Shown piece after piece: positions 42,008-51,250 of a stretch of DNA of 64,000 nucleotides. Position numbers and translations under genes: made by a program. Numbering within the stretch: position 1 is the stretch's first letter; the number at the start of each line of letters is the position of its first letter. The notes below the pieces were generated by a model. The model had not been told where the DNA came from. It saw only the letters and a program-made list of their open reading frames with translations, and made no database searches. The stretch spans positions 2,209-66,208 of the forward strand of contig JACOXT010000003.1 in the NCBI GenBank assembly GCA_016182235.1, written 5' to 3'. The DNA is from Candidatus Levyibacteriota bacterium. Lineage in GTDB: Bacteria; Patescibacteriota; Microgenomatia; Levybacterales; UBA12049.

Positions 42008-43908
42008 TCTGATATTTTGCCTTCTGTCCTATTAAATGGTTTGAGATTTTGGCTTAAGACATTTTCTGGAAGCTCTAACAAAAAGCGAGAAACCGTATTG
42101 GATATTTTTTGGCCAAAAAATAGTCTTCTTGTGGCGTATGTTAAGAAAAGTTTTTGTTTGGCGCGAGTCATGCCAACATAACAAAGCCTTCTTTCTTCCT
42201 CGAGTTCATTTTTATCCATAAGAGATCTTGAGTGCGGAAAAAGTCCTTCTTCCATGCCAATCATAAATACATACGAGAATTCAAGCCCTTTTGCCGCATG
42301 AAGAGTCATTAAAGTTACAGCATTTTTTTTAAGCTCGCCGTTGGGTTTATCTGGCATATATTCCTGCTCAACTAATGAGACATTTTCCAAAAACTTCGTA
42401 AGATCGGAAAAATTAAGAGCAACGGAGCGAAGCTCTTTTATATTCTCAAGCCTTTGCCTCTCTTCCTCATCCTTTTCGTCATACATGGTAAGATAATCAG
42501 TTTCTTTTATCACTCTGTCCAAAAGTTCTAAAGTCGTCATTCTGGCTTGCCCAGAAGCTCCAATCGTTTTAAGAGATTCTGGATGCACTCGTTTCTCGCT
42601 TACCAGAATGACGCCTTGTTGAAATTCAAGAAATTTTTGTAGACGTCTTTTTCCCAATTTCTCAATCCTTTTTAAAGAAATTTTGTCTTTTTTGTTACTT
42701 AAGACTCTGAGAAACGCGAGTATATCTTTGATCTCTTTTCTTTCATAAAATCTTGTCCCGCCAATAAGAACATAAGGAATGCTATTATGCAGGAGGATTT
42801 CCTCTAAAACCCTTGATTGAGCATTGGTTCTATATAGTATTGAGATATCGGAGAGATTTAAATTATGATTAAGATTTAAGATTTGGTTTATAATATATTC
42901 GACTTCATCCTGCTCATTTCTTGCCTCATAAATTTCTACATCCTCGCCATGAGAATTCTCTGTCCAAAGTTTTAAGACCGGATGAGTTGTATTTTTGGAT
43001 ATCACTGAGGAGGCAGCATCTAGAATGTTTTGTGTTGAGCGATAATTTTGAGAAAGAGAAAATGTTTTTGTATTTTTGAAGTCGTCTTTAAATTTATTGA
43101 GATTGGTAAAATCTGCGCCGCGCCAGGAATAAATGCTTTGAGAAAAATCTCCAACGACACAGATATTATTCCATTTTTTTGCCAATAATTTTGTCAAAGC
43201 ATATTGCGCATGGTTAGTGTCTTGGTACTCATCGATAAGAATATATCTAAATTTGTTTTGGTATTTATCCAATACTTCACTGTATTTTTCAAAAAGATAG
43301 ACTGTTTTTAGCAGCAAATCATCAAAGTCAAGCGCGTGATTTTCCGCTAAAATTTTTTGATAGACTGGATAGACTTTGGCGACTTTTTCTTGAAAGTTAC
43401 CTCTGGCAAAACTTAAATACATAGAATCCGTTATAAGTTCGTTTTTCGCTTGCGATATGCTGACCAGGATAGATGATGGCTTGTAATCTTTTGTAGAGAT
43501 GTTGAGTATTTTCATAGCTTCTTTTATTGCGTCTAACTGATCTTGGGTATCGTATATCGTAAAATCCGAAGATATGCCAATATATTTACCATCAATCCTT
43601 AGTATTTTTGCGCAAAGAGAATGAAAAGTGGATATAGTTGGCTGTTGACTATTGGTTGTTAGTCGTTGGCTGTTGACTAGATATTTTTGGACGCGTTCTT
43701 TCATTTCCGAAGCCGCTTTATTCGTAAATGTGACCATAAGAATATTAAAAGGGTCTATATGTTTCTCTAAAATTAGATACATAACTTTGTATGTAAGAAC
43801 CCTTGTTTTGCCGGAACCTGCGCCAGCTAAAATTATATTTGGTCCCTCTGTTTGCAAAACCGCAAGTTTCTGCTCGGAATTTAAGTCCTTGAAGATATCT
43901 TTGTTCAT
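41998..43908 (-). CDS. pcrA: ATP-dependent DNA helicase PcrA/UvrD family
   Basis: LNSEQKLAV....GPNIILAGAGSGKTRVLT, TFTNKAA.EMKERV, TFHS, LIDEYQDTN, QNYRS and LMTLHAAKGLEF...VGMTRA are present. I prefer the start MNKDIF (43908) over the track start at 43944. Confidence 0.85.
   Translation of the reverse strand: MNKDIFKDLNSEQKLAVLQTEGPNIILAGAGSGKTRVLTYKVMYLILEKHIDPFNILMVTFTNKAASEMKERVQKYLVNSQRLTTNSQQPTISTFHSLCAKILRIDGKYIGISSDFTIYDTQDQLDAIKEAMKILNISTKDYKPSSILVSISQAKNELITDSMYLSFARGNFQEKVAKVYPVYQKILAENHALDFDDLLLKTVYLFEKYSEVLDKYQNKFRYILIDEYQDTNHAQYALTKLLAKKWNNICVVGDFSQSIYSWRGADFTNLNKFKDDFKNTKTFSLSQNYRSTQNILDAASSVISKNTTHPVLKLWTENSHGEDVEIYEARNEQDEVEYIINQILNLNHNLNLSDISILYRTNAQSRVLEEILLHNSIPYVLIGGTRFYERKEIKDILAFLRVLSNKKDKISLKRIEKLGKRRLQKFLEFQQGVILVSEKRVHPESLKTIGASGQARMTTLELLDRVIKETDYLTMYDEKDEEERQRLENIKELRSVALNFSDLTKFLENVSLVEQEYMPDKPNGELKKNAVTLMTLHAAKGLEFSYVFMIGMEEGLFPHSRSLMDKNELEEERRLCYVGMTRAKQKLFLTYATRRLFFGQKISNTVSRFLLELPENVLSQNLKPFNRTEGKISEWL
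42536..42612 (-). mobile_element. 77-bp gene-less derivative (MITE-like) of the GIY-YIG cassette, in frame within pcrA
   Basis: It has the same 10-bp TIRs (gtcattctgg 42536-42545, ccagaatgac 42603-42612) and the same internal ccagaatc / ttctggRcaagccagaat hairpin arms as 25918-26272. It is read through as VILVSEKRVHPESLKTIGASGQARMT. Confidence 0.7.
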
Positions 43909-43990
43909 AAGTATAATGAATGAGTCGTTTTGTAATTGTACCACATGATCTTTCGACTTTGCTCAGGATCATACTGAGGCAGTCGAACGT

Positions 43991-44680
43991 ATGAAAAAAG
44001 TTTTTATAGTTGCCAACTGGAAGTCGAATAAGATTACAAAAGAAGCCCGTAAGTGGATTGAAGATTTGTCGAATTCAAATTTTAATTTTATGGATTTTAA
44101 AGAAATTATTATATGTCCGTCATTTTCTCTTCTAAGTAGTGTTAAACTGGGAATCCAAGAGATCATAGGTCAAAAGTTAAAAATTAAAGTTGGAGCGCAG
44201 GATATTTCTCAGTTTGATGAAGGCGCATATACGGGAGGAGTTAATGGCAGGCAGATTAAAGAACTCGCTGATTATGTGATAGTTGGCCATTCAGAAAGAA
44301 GAAATAATTTTGGAGAAGACGGGAAGATAGTTAATGAAAAAATTTCTAAAGCGTTGAAATATAATTTAATTCCTATTCTTTGCGTTTCAGATATGAAGCA
44401 AATTCATGATTCTAGGTTAGTGATTCATAATTCAAATTTTATTGTCGCGTACGAGCCAACTTTCGCAATAGGAACGGGTACGCCTGACACGCCAGAAAAT
44501 GCAGATAAGATGGCAAAGAATATTAAAGAGATTTTAGGTGAGATACCAGTATTATATGGGGGAAGTGTAAGCAAGTTCAATATTAAAAGTTTTACTCAAA
44601 TGTCATACATAGATGGAGCGTTGGTTGGAAGGGCTAGTCTTGATGTCAAAGAGTTCGCAACGATCATTCAGAATGCGTAA
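43991..44680 (+). CDS. tpiA: Triose-phosphate isomerase
   Basis: VANWKSN, VGHSERR and YEPTFAIGTG are present. Confidence 0.85.
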   Translation: MKKVFIVANWKSNKITKEARKWIEDLSNSNFNFMDFKEIIICPSFSLLSSVKLGIQEIIGQKLKIKVGAQDISQFDEGAYTGGVNGRQIKELADYVIVGHSERRNNFGEDGKIVNEKISKALKYNLIPILCVSDMKQIHDSRLVIHNSNFIVAYEPTFAIGTGTPDTPENADKMAKNIKEILGEIPVLYGGSVSKFNIKSFTQMSYIDGALVGRASLDVKEFATIIQNA

Positions 44681-45761
44681 AAAAGTAATAGTAATAGTGC
44701 TTCTTTCCCTTTTTGTTGTTTTTTTTGGGAGACTTATCTTTGAGGCTATCAAATGGACACCAGTTTTACTTCAGTATTTCTTTCAAAAAGAAATTAACCT
44801 CAAAAAGACACAGGAAAGGGTAAATATACTATTTCTAGGCATTGGAGGAGGCAAACATGACGGTCCACTTCTAACTGATACTATCATTTATGCCTCGATT
44901 GACAAAGGACAACAAAAGGTAACGCTTATCTCGATTCCACGAGATTTATGGATTCCAGATTTAAAGGCAAAAATTAATACTGCCTATGCATTTGGCGAAG
45001 AGAGGAAGAAAAACGGCGGACTTATTCTTGCTAAAACAATTGTAGAAAGAATTTTCAATCAGCCTGTTGATTATATATTGCGCATTGATTTCAATGGGTT
45101 TATAAAGGCGATAGATATGATTGGAGGAATAGAGGTAGACGTTGAGAGGAATTTTGAAGATCGTGAGTATCCAATTTCTGGAAAAGAAACCGATACGTGT
45201 GGGTTTTCTGGTGAAGAATTTGAGCAGAGAGCAACGTCGTCAGCTATATTTGAGGCATTTCCATGTAGATATGAGCACATTGTATTTCAAGGAGGAATAC
45301 AACATATGAATGGAGAGACTGCCTTGAAGTTTGTCCGCTCACGTCATGCTCAGGGAACGGAAGGAACAGATTTCGCAAGAAGCAAACGTCAAGAAAAAGT
45401 AATTGAGGCATTCAAAGATAAAATGTTTTCCCTACCAACTCTTCTTAATCCTGGAAAACTCATAAGTTTGTACGATGTATTCCAAGATAGCATTCATACC
45501 GACATGCAGCAAAATGAATACGATGATTTCGTGAAGCTTGCAAAGGACTTGCAAGATGCAAAAATCAACAGCGTTTTATTTTTTTATACTGATCAATATT
45601 CAGAGGATCAAGGAATTTTTGTTAACCCACCAACATCAGAAATTTACAAAAATCAATGGGTTTTAATTCCTCGTAAAGGGTCTAATGACTTTTCAGAGAT
45701 TCAGAAGCTTGTGGATTGCGAGATAAATATTGGAAATTGCAACATAACCCCAACTCCTTAG
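44673..45761 (+). CDS. LytR-CpsA-Psr (LCP) family cell-envelope transferase
   Basis: A TM anchor is followed by VNILFLGIGGG......LTDTIIYASID......LISIPRDLWIP and RSRH. The start at MRKKV overlaps the tpiA stop by 8 nt. Confidence 0.7.
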   Translation: MRKKVIVIVLLSLFVVFFGRLIFEAIKWTPVLLQYFFQKEINLKKTQERVNILFLGIGGGKHDGPLLTDTIIYASIDKGQQKVTLISIPRDLWIPDLKAKINTAYAFGEERKKNGGLILAKTIVERIFNQPVDYILRIDFNGFIKAIDMIGGIEVDVERNFEDREYPISGKETDTCGFSGEEFEQRATSSAIFEAFPCRYEHIVFQGGIQHMNGETALKFVRSRHAQGTEGTDFARSKRQEKVIEAFKDKMFSLPTLLNPGKLISLYDVFQDSIHTDMQQNEYDDFVKLAKDLQDAKINSVLFFYTDQYSEDQGIFVNPPTSEIYKNQWVLIPRKGSNDFSEIQKLVDCEINIGNCNITPTP

Positions 45762-45765
45762 AATG

Positions 45766-48039
45766 TTAGTTGATTTTATAGATTTTTGTTTGATCACTTG
45801 AATAGACTATCTGCCCAAGTTTACTAAATTTTTCTTCAGAAAGAGTATATTTTTGTTTTTCTAGATCACCCACAAAAACTAAAGAAATCTTATATTTATC
45901 AATCAGTTTTTTTGCGATTTGCGAATCAACTGTTTCATAGAGAGTTTGAACTTCTTCGATTCTTGGCGATGGAATATCATAAGTTCCTCGCCAAAGCCAT
46001 TCATGGACGGACCATCCTAAAACTGTCGGAAGTCCAGTGTTTGTGGATACTCTGCCATAATCCGTATAAGAGTCACCTTGAGCTTCGAGAATTACGGGCT
46101 GTCCTTTGATATTTTTGTTTATCCATAAAATTGCTTCATAATCAGTTGGATACAGCGATTTAAGATATTTTGTTCCGTCAAGTCCGTGATAGGTTTTTAA
46201 ATCTCCAAAATAAGAATTGATTGCAAAGTAAGGATACACAAATACCAGAAATAATCCAATACTACCAATAACCCAATAAACAAATTTCCAATGAATAAAT
46301 TTACGATTTACGAATAGACGAATGATAGTATAACCAGAGGATAAAGAAAGCATAATAAAGGCTTGGTATACGAGTTTAAACATGGTATTTGCCCGGTAAT
46401 GTGCAGGGTAAATGTCCTTTACGTATATGAATTCTGGAATGATAATAAGAAGAGTGGAGAAAAATATGAGGACTGAAATGAATAAGCCAGATGGGCTTAA
46501 ATTTTCAATTTTGAATTTGAAATTTTTAATGAAATTTAAACAATTAAAACTCTTAAGTTTTTGAATTTTATTTTTGAAATTGAAACGAAGGAGTATAAAT
46601 ACAATCGCCCAAAAGTAAAAAAATCCATAAAGAATAAATAACTGCCAAATGGGCGAACGCTGACAATGATCTTTTTCGAAAAGAAAAGGACCAAGTCTTT
46701 CGATTTTTGTTAAGAATTCAGGTGCGCATAAAATGCCGATTCCGGAAGCAAAGGGCTTGAAGTTTAGATTAAATGGAAGAGAGAATAGAAAGAAACCAAA
46801 AACCAAAAACAAAATACTTAATACATAATATTTAATGCGCTTTGGATTTGAAGAATTGGTTGTGGATCTTAATTGAACAGTAAAGATTACAATTGCAGTA
46901 AGTAAAAGATAAATAAGTCCGTCCCATGCATTGGTCATGTACATGATTGCTAGAATGAATCCTAGCAATAAAATCCTAAATCCAAAATTAGAAATTCTAA
47001 ATAAATTCAAATAACCAAAACTATAATTATCAAAACGTTTTGAGCTTTGAAAATTTGAGCTTATTTGTGATTTGTGATTTGTGATTTGTGATTTTAAAAC
47101 TAGTGATAAAAGTATTGTTATGGTAAGTAGAACAAAAGGTATATCAAGTACGTGTCCATGTAAATCAGATACAACAAAGGAATATATTGGGAATTCATGA
47201 ATAGTATTTTCAATAAAACGAGTAGCATTAGGGTACCAGTAAGAATTTGGGAATTTATCTAGGGAGAATATTAATTGCCAGAATGGTACCGGCGATTCGT
47301 TTTCATAGGGCTTAAAAAAAGTGTAGACAGAGTGGAGATTGCCAGCAAAGGTAATTAGAAGCGCAGATAATAGACCTCCAATGAAAACTCTAAATCCGAG
47401 TTTCGATTTTAATAAAAATATTAAATTAGCTCCGATTGAAAATGCGCCTGCGAATGTAAATCCCGATATTGCAGCAAGCATAAGATTATATGTAATATTT
47501 GGTGGAAGGCTGGATAACTTAGTTAATACTGCTGTTGTCAAATGTCCAAAATAGTAGTAATTAATATATAGAGGCGTTAGCCACATGTCGGAAGGAGGGA
47601 AATACTCACTTCGCAGGATTGAATTTATAAAGCCAAAGTCCATATATTTTTCAAGACCATGAATATCGGGTCCATGGGCGTGAATATAAGACCAAAATAT
47701 TAGAACTGACAAAAAGATAATTTCTTCAAAGACAAATATCCTGAAAAAATACCCTAAAGATTTTATGAGATTAGAATATTTGAATACTAGGAAAATGTTT
47801 AAGATTAAGAATCCAACAATGGTTAATAAAATAGTAAGTACAGTAAAAGGTTGGATTCTCAAGATGCCTAAGATGAAAATTACATAACTGAGAAGGGCAA
47901 TACCTATTATTTTTGAAAATATATATCCCCTATCGGAGAGTGAATGAAATATTATACCTGTTAAGGGGAGAAAAATAATGCCAATAATAAAAATAATTAA
48001 CCACCATTGAAATATGTACAGCAAATCGGAAAAAGGCAT
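45766..48039 (-). CDS. DUF2298 / 'YYY' GT-C-like polytopic membrane protein
   Basis: GLEKYMDFGFINSILRSEYFPPSDMWL...INYYYFGH is the DUF2298 signature as I remember it. 757 aa. It carries three heptamer-repeat segments. Confidence 0.65.
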   Translation of the reverse strand: MPFSDLLYIFQWWLIIFIIGIIFLPLTGIIFHSLSDRGYIFSKIIGIALLSYVIFILGILRIQPFTVLTILLTIVGFLILNIFLVFKYSNLIKSLGYFFRIFVFEEIIFLSVLIFWSYIHAHGPDIHGLEKYMDFGFINSILRSEYFPPSDMWLTPLYINYYYFGHLTTAVLTKLSSLPPNITYNLMLAAISGFTFAGAFSIGANLIFLLKSKLGFRVFIGGLLSALLITFAGNLHSVYTFFKPYENESPVPFWQLIFSLDKFPNSYWYPNATRFIENTIHEFPIYSFVVSDLHGHVLDIPFVLLTITILLSLVLKSQITNHKSQISSNFQSSKRFDNYSFGYLNLFRISNFGFRILLLGFILAIMYMTNAWDGLIYLLLTAIVIFTVQLRSTTNSSNPKRIKYYVLSILFLVFGFFLFSLPFNLNFKPFASGIGILCAPEFLTKIERLGPFLFEKDHCQRSPIWQLFILYGFFYFWAIVFILLRFNFKNKIQKLKSFNCLNFIKNFKFKIENLSPSGLFISVLIFFSTLLIIIPEFIYVKDIYPAHYRANTMFKLVYQAFIMLSLSSGYTIIRLFVNRKFIHWKFVYWVIGSIGLFLVFVYPYFAINSYFGDLKTYHGLDGTKYLKSLYPTDYEAILWINKNIKGQPVILEAQGDSYTDYGRVSTNTGLPTVLGWSVHEWLWRGTYDIPSPRIEEVQTLYETVDSQIAKKLIDKYKISLVFVGDLEKQKYTLSEEKFSKLGQIVYSSDQTKIYKIN

Positions 48040-48040
48040 A

Positions 48041-48580
48041 TTAGGAAAACATGTCGGGAAGGACTTTAATTGCGAATAGATTTTTTTCGATTTTGCTTCT
48101 AACTTTCTTATTCAACCAGAAGAATTTTGTCTTAGGATTCTTTTTCGCCAAATATTTCAAAAGCTCTCGATCATCATCAACATAAAGATCAATTTTAAGT
48201 CTTTGGATAATATCATTTTTAAATAGATGGGTTTGTTGGTTACCGAAATTAAAGTATAAACCCTCAAAGAGTTTATACAGTTCGTGTTTCTGGACAAGTT
48301 TCTGGGTTTTGTTTTTTAGAAATCCAAACCTACCTGAGATTAAATAATGTTTATGCGTATTTTGCGACGCTAACTTTTTCATAAAATCAATGTTTGTTTT
48401 TATTGGCTGACGAAGTAATGGATGATGAATGAGTAAGCGAAGCAACTGTTCGGGTTTTTTAGGAATTCGATAAGAAAGTTTTCCGTTTGCTTTTTTCTTG
48501 TAAAACCTATCAATGATAAAATCCGGGAGAAAAAAGGGATAATCGATAAAGACTTTATCTAAGTCAAATCCAATATTCAT
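48041..48580 (-). CDS. HAD-like hydrolase (tentative)
   Basis: MNIGFDLDKV is a DxDx(T/V)-type motif I, and there is a late YVDDD. The assignment is weak. Confidence 0.4.
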   Translation of the reverse strand: MNIGFDLDKVFIDYPFFLPDFIIDRFYKKKANGKLSYRIPKKPEQLLRLLIHHPLLRQPIKTNIDFMKKLASQNTHKHYLISGRFGFLKNKTQKLVQKHELYKLFEGLYFNFGNQQTHLFKNDIIQRLKIDLYVDDDRELLKYLAKKNPKTKFFWLNKKVRSKIEKNLFAIKVLPDMFS

Positions 48581-48639
48581 AGAAATTATTTACTCTTGTA
48601 TTATAACTTGATTATAGATAAGATTGTAACACTATTTTC

Positions 48640-49680
48640 ATGAGAATTCTCATAACAGGCGGGGCAGGTTTTTTAGGTTTGCATCTTACTTCTTATCTTT
48701 CCAGAAAAAATCACAAACTTACTTTAGTAGACATCCAGGAATTTAGCAAAAATGAATATACAGCAGATTCCAAGAAAGAAGTTTGCGATGTGAGAAGCAA
48801 AAGACAGCTGGACAGCTTGATTAAAGGTCAAGATATTATTATTCATGCAGCTGCAGCTCTTCCGCTTTGGAAAAAAGAAGATATTTATACTACGAATATT
48901 GATGGAACAAAAAATGTTTTGGAGTTGGGGAAAAAACATAAAATAAAACGAGTTATTTATATTTCCTCAACTGCTGTCTATGGTGTTCCCAAAAAACATC
49001 CGATTTTGGAAGATGATCCAAGAGTTGGTGTTGGAGCTTATGGAAAAACAAAAATCTTGGCAGAAGATCTTTGTTTCGGAGAAATTAAAAAAGGATTGAA
49101 AGTAACTATCATCAGGCCTAAAACTTTTGTCGGAACCGGACGTTTGGGGGTTTTTGAGATTCTTTTTGATTGGATTCACGATGGAAAAAAAATTCCCGTT
49201 CTTGGAAATGGGGGAAATAGATATCAATTGTTAGATGTTGATGATTTGGTTGAGGCAATTTATCTATTTTCTCTAAATAATAAAAATTCATATAATGGTG
49301 CTTTTAATATTGGTGCTGAAAAGTTTGAAACAGTGAAAGCAGACCTTGAGGAGCTGTTTAGATTCGCAAAGTCGGGATCAGGAATTTTTCCAACCCCTGC
49401 TTTTATAGTAAAAAAAGCGCTATGGTTTTTTGAGAAGATCGGAGTTTCCCCTTTGTATCAGTGGGTTTATGATACAGCCGATAAAGATTCGTTTGTATCA
49501 ATAGAGAAGATTAAAAAAACACTAAATTGGAAACCAAGATATTCTAATACTGAAGCTTTGATTAAATCATATAGTTGGTATTTGAAAAATTACAAAAAAA
49601 TAAAATCAAGAACTACAGGAGTAACCCATACCACTGGATGGAAACAGGGGATACTAGCATTGTTTAAACGCTTTGCATAG
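48640..49680 (+). CDS. NAD-dependent epimerase/dehydratase (extended SDR)
   Basis: ILITGGAGFLG Rossmann motif, the YGKTK catalytic YxxxK, and SST upstream. Confidence 0.8.
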   Translation: MRILITGGAGFLGLHLTSYLSRKNHKLTLVDIQEFSKNEYTADSKKEVCDVRSKRQLDSLIKGQDIIIHAAAALPLWKKEDIYTTNIDGTKNVLELGKKHKIKRVIYISSTAVYGVPKKHPILEDDPRVGVGAYGKTKILAEDLCFGEIKKGLKVTIIRPKTFVGTGRLGVFEILFDWIHDGKKIPVLGNGGNRYQLLDVDDLVEAIYLFSLNNKNSYNGAFNIGAEKFETVKADLEELFRFAKSGSGIFPTPAFIVKKALWFFEKIGVSPLYQWVYDTADKDSFVSIEKIKKTLNWKPRYSNTEALIKSYSWYLKNYKKIKSRTTGVTHTTGWKQGILALFKRFA

Positions 49681-49684
49681 CAAT

Positions 49685-51250
49685 TTAATGTTTGACAAAT
49701 TTTCCTATAAAAATTTCTGCATTTCCATTGGGAATATAGATATTTTTTTGCTTAATAAATAAAAAATCGTCATATAGAGTTTTTGCCTCAGCAATGTCAT
49801 CTTGTCTAAGGGCAAAAAGTTGTCGTTTGTAAGAGTCAATAGATATGGGGTTTGTCATGACCACACATTTTTTACAATCGTGACTCACGTTATAAAAATT
49901 GAGAAGTTCTTCTCCACGGTTAAATCGATGAGTAATGAGGAGCTGATCATATTGACCTTCTTGCTTTTTAAATTCTTCCAAAATACTTCTATATCCATAT
50001 TGCCATCCCCAATAATCGGAAGAATATAAAGGATATTTTGTAAAATATAAGTGGAGATAATATATAGAAGAAAAAACAATGATTATTAATATACCAAGTG
50101 TTATAATGCGATTAAAGAGTTTTCTAATTCTTGAGAGGAAACTAAATATATAAAATAGTCCTACCGCTGAAATAATTTGGAAAGGAACTACGCCAACAAT
50201 AGATCGCGTTGCCTGAGCACTTTCGGCTATAGTAAACATACTTCCAACGGGATACAGAATTAACCATAGCATAAGCGTAGAGATGAGCCTTTTTTCTGGT
50301 TTAAAGGAAAGATATATAAAACCAAGAATTAGTAAGGGTAATTGAAAAAGATGCATTTCGCCTAATCCTCTGACAGAATGCCTTGCGATAAATTGTCCTG
50401 GCATGTCTATATCGCCTTTTAAAAAAAGGAAATCTAAAGAAAAATGACTCAAGTAATTGTTTAAAATATGAGAAACTATAGTGTGATCTTGGGGTGGTTG
50501 AGAGAATATGCTTACTTGTTGCCAACGTGAAAGAATTGGAGAGGCGAAGAGATTATAAATAAATGGCAGTAATGAAAAAAGTGCCAATAGAGCACATAAG
50601 AATATTATTCTTTTAGTCTTTAGAAAAGTTTTATCATAAATCATGAATAGCAAACTCATAAAAACAGCTATAAAGATTTTTGCAGCACTATAGCTATAGA
50701 ATGCAGTCGCAAAAAGAAGAATACTTAGGAATAGTAATTTTAGATTTACTCTCGATTTGATAAAAAAATAAAGACCTGCGGTTGTAAAAAATACAAACGG
50801 AGATTGCTCAAAAGCAATCCTACTAATATGTACATGCCAGGGAGAGATTGCAAGAAAAAAAGAAGAGAAAACAGCCATCTCCTTTTTATGTTTATTGGCG
50901 TTAAGTAGTTTTTTTGTTAATAAATAAATAAAAATTATAGTACCTGTTCCGTATAGCGCAGCAGGCAATCTAGTGGAAAATTCATTTAATCCAAAAATAT
51001 AAATAAAAGGGATTGCTGAGTAAATATATACTGGGCCTTTATAGTCATCAAGAGATCGGAAGAAAAAAGGAAATGATTTGCGATATTCATCTTTTCCTGT
51101 TGCAAGAACAGAATATGCATTAAATCCAATTGATGCTTCATCCGCAAAAAATCCAGAAGGAACTTCGGCGAGACGATACACACGCAGCGAGAGACCTAAA
51201 AATACTATAAATATTAAAAGTATAGTGTGGAAATTAATATGATATCTCAC
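49685..51250 (-). CDS. GT-C fold membrane glycosyltransferase (GT39/ArnT/PMT-like)
   Basis: 521 aa and polytopic. The first-loop acidic motif is GFFADEAS, and a soluble C-terminal domain is present. Confidence 0.6.
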   Translation of the reverse strand: MRYHINFHTILLIFIVFLGLSLRVYRLAEVPSGFFADEASIGFNAYSVLATGKDEYRKSFPFFFRSLDDYKGPVYIYSAIPFIYIFGLNEFSTRLPAALYGTGTIIFIYLLTKKLLNANKHKKEMAVFSSFFLAISPWHVHISRIAFEQSPFVFFTTAGLYFFIKSRVNLKLLFLSILLFATAFYSYSAAKIFIAVFMSLLFMIYDKTFLKTKRIIFLCALLALFSLLPFIYNLFASPILSRWQQVSIFSQPPQDHTIVSHILNNYLSHFSLDFLFLKGDIDMPGQFIARHSVRGLGEMHLFQLPLLILGFIYLSFKPEKRLISTLMLWLILYPVGSMFTIAESAQATRSIVGVVPFQIISAVGLFYIFSFLSRIRKLFNRIITLGILIIIVFSSIYYLHLYFTKYPLYSSDYWGWQYGYRSILEEFKKQEGQYDQLLITHRFNRGEELLNFYNVSHDCKKCVVMTNPISIDSYKRQLFALRQDDIAEAKTLYDDFLFIKQKNIYIPNGNAEIFIGKFVKH

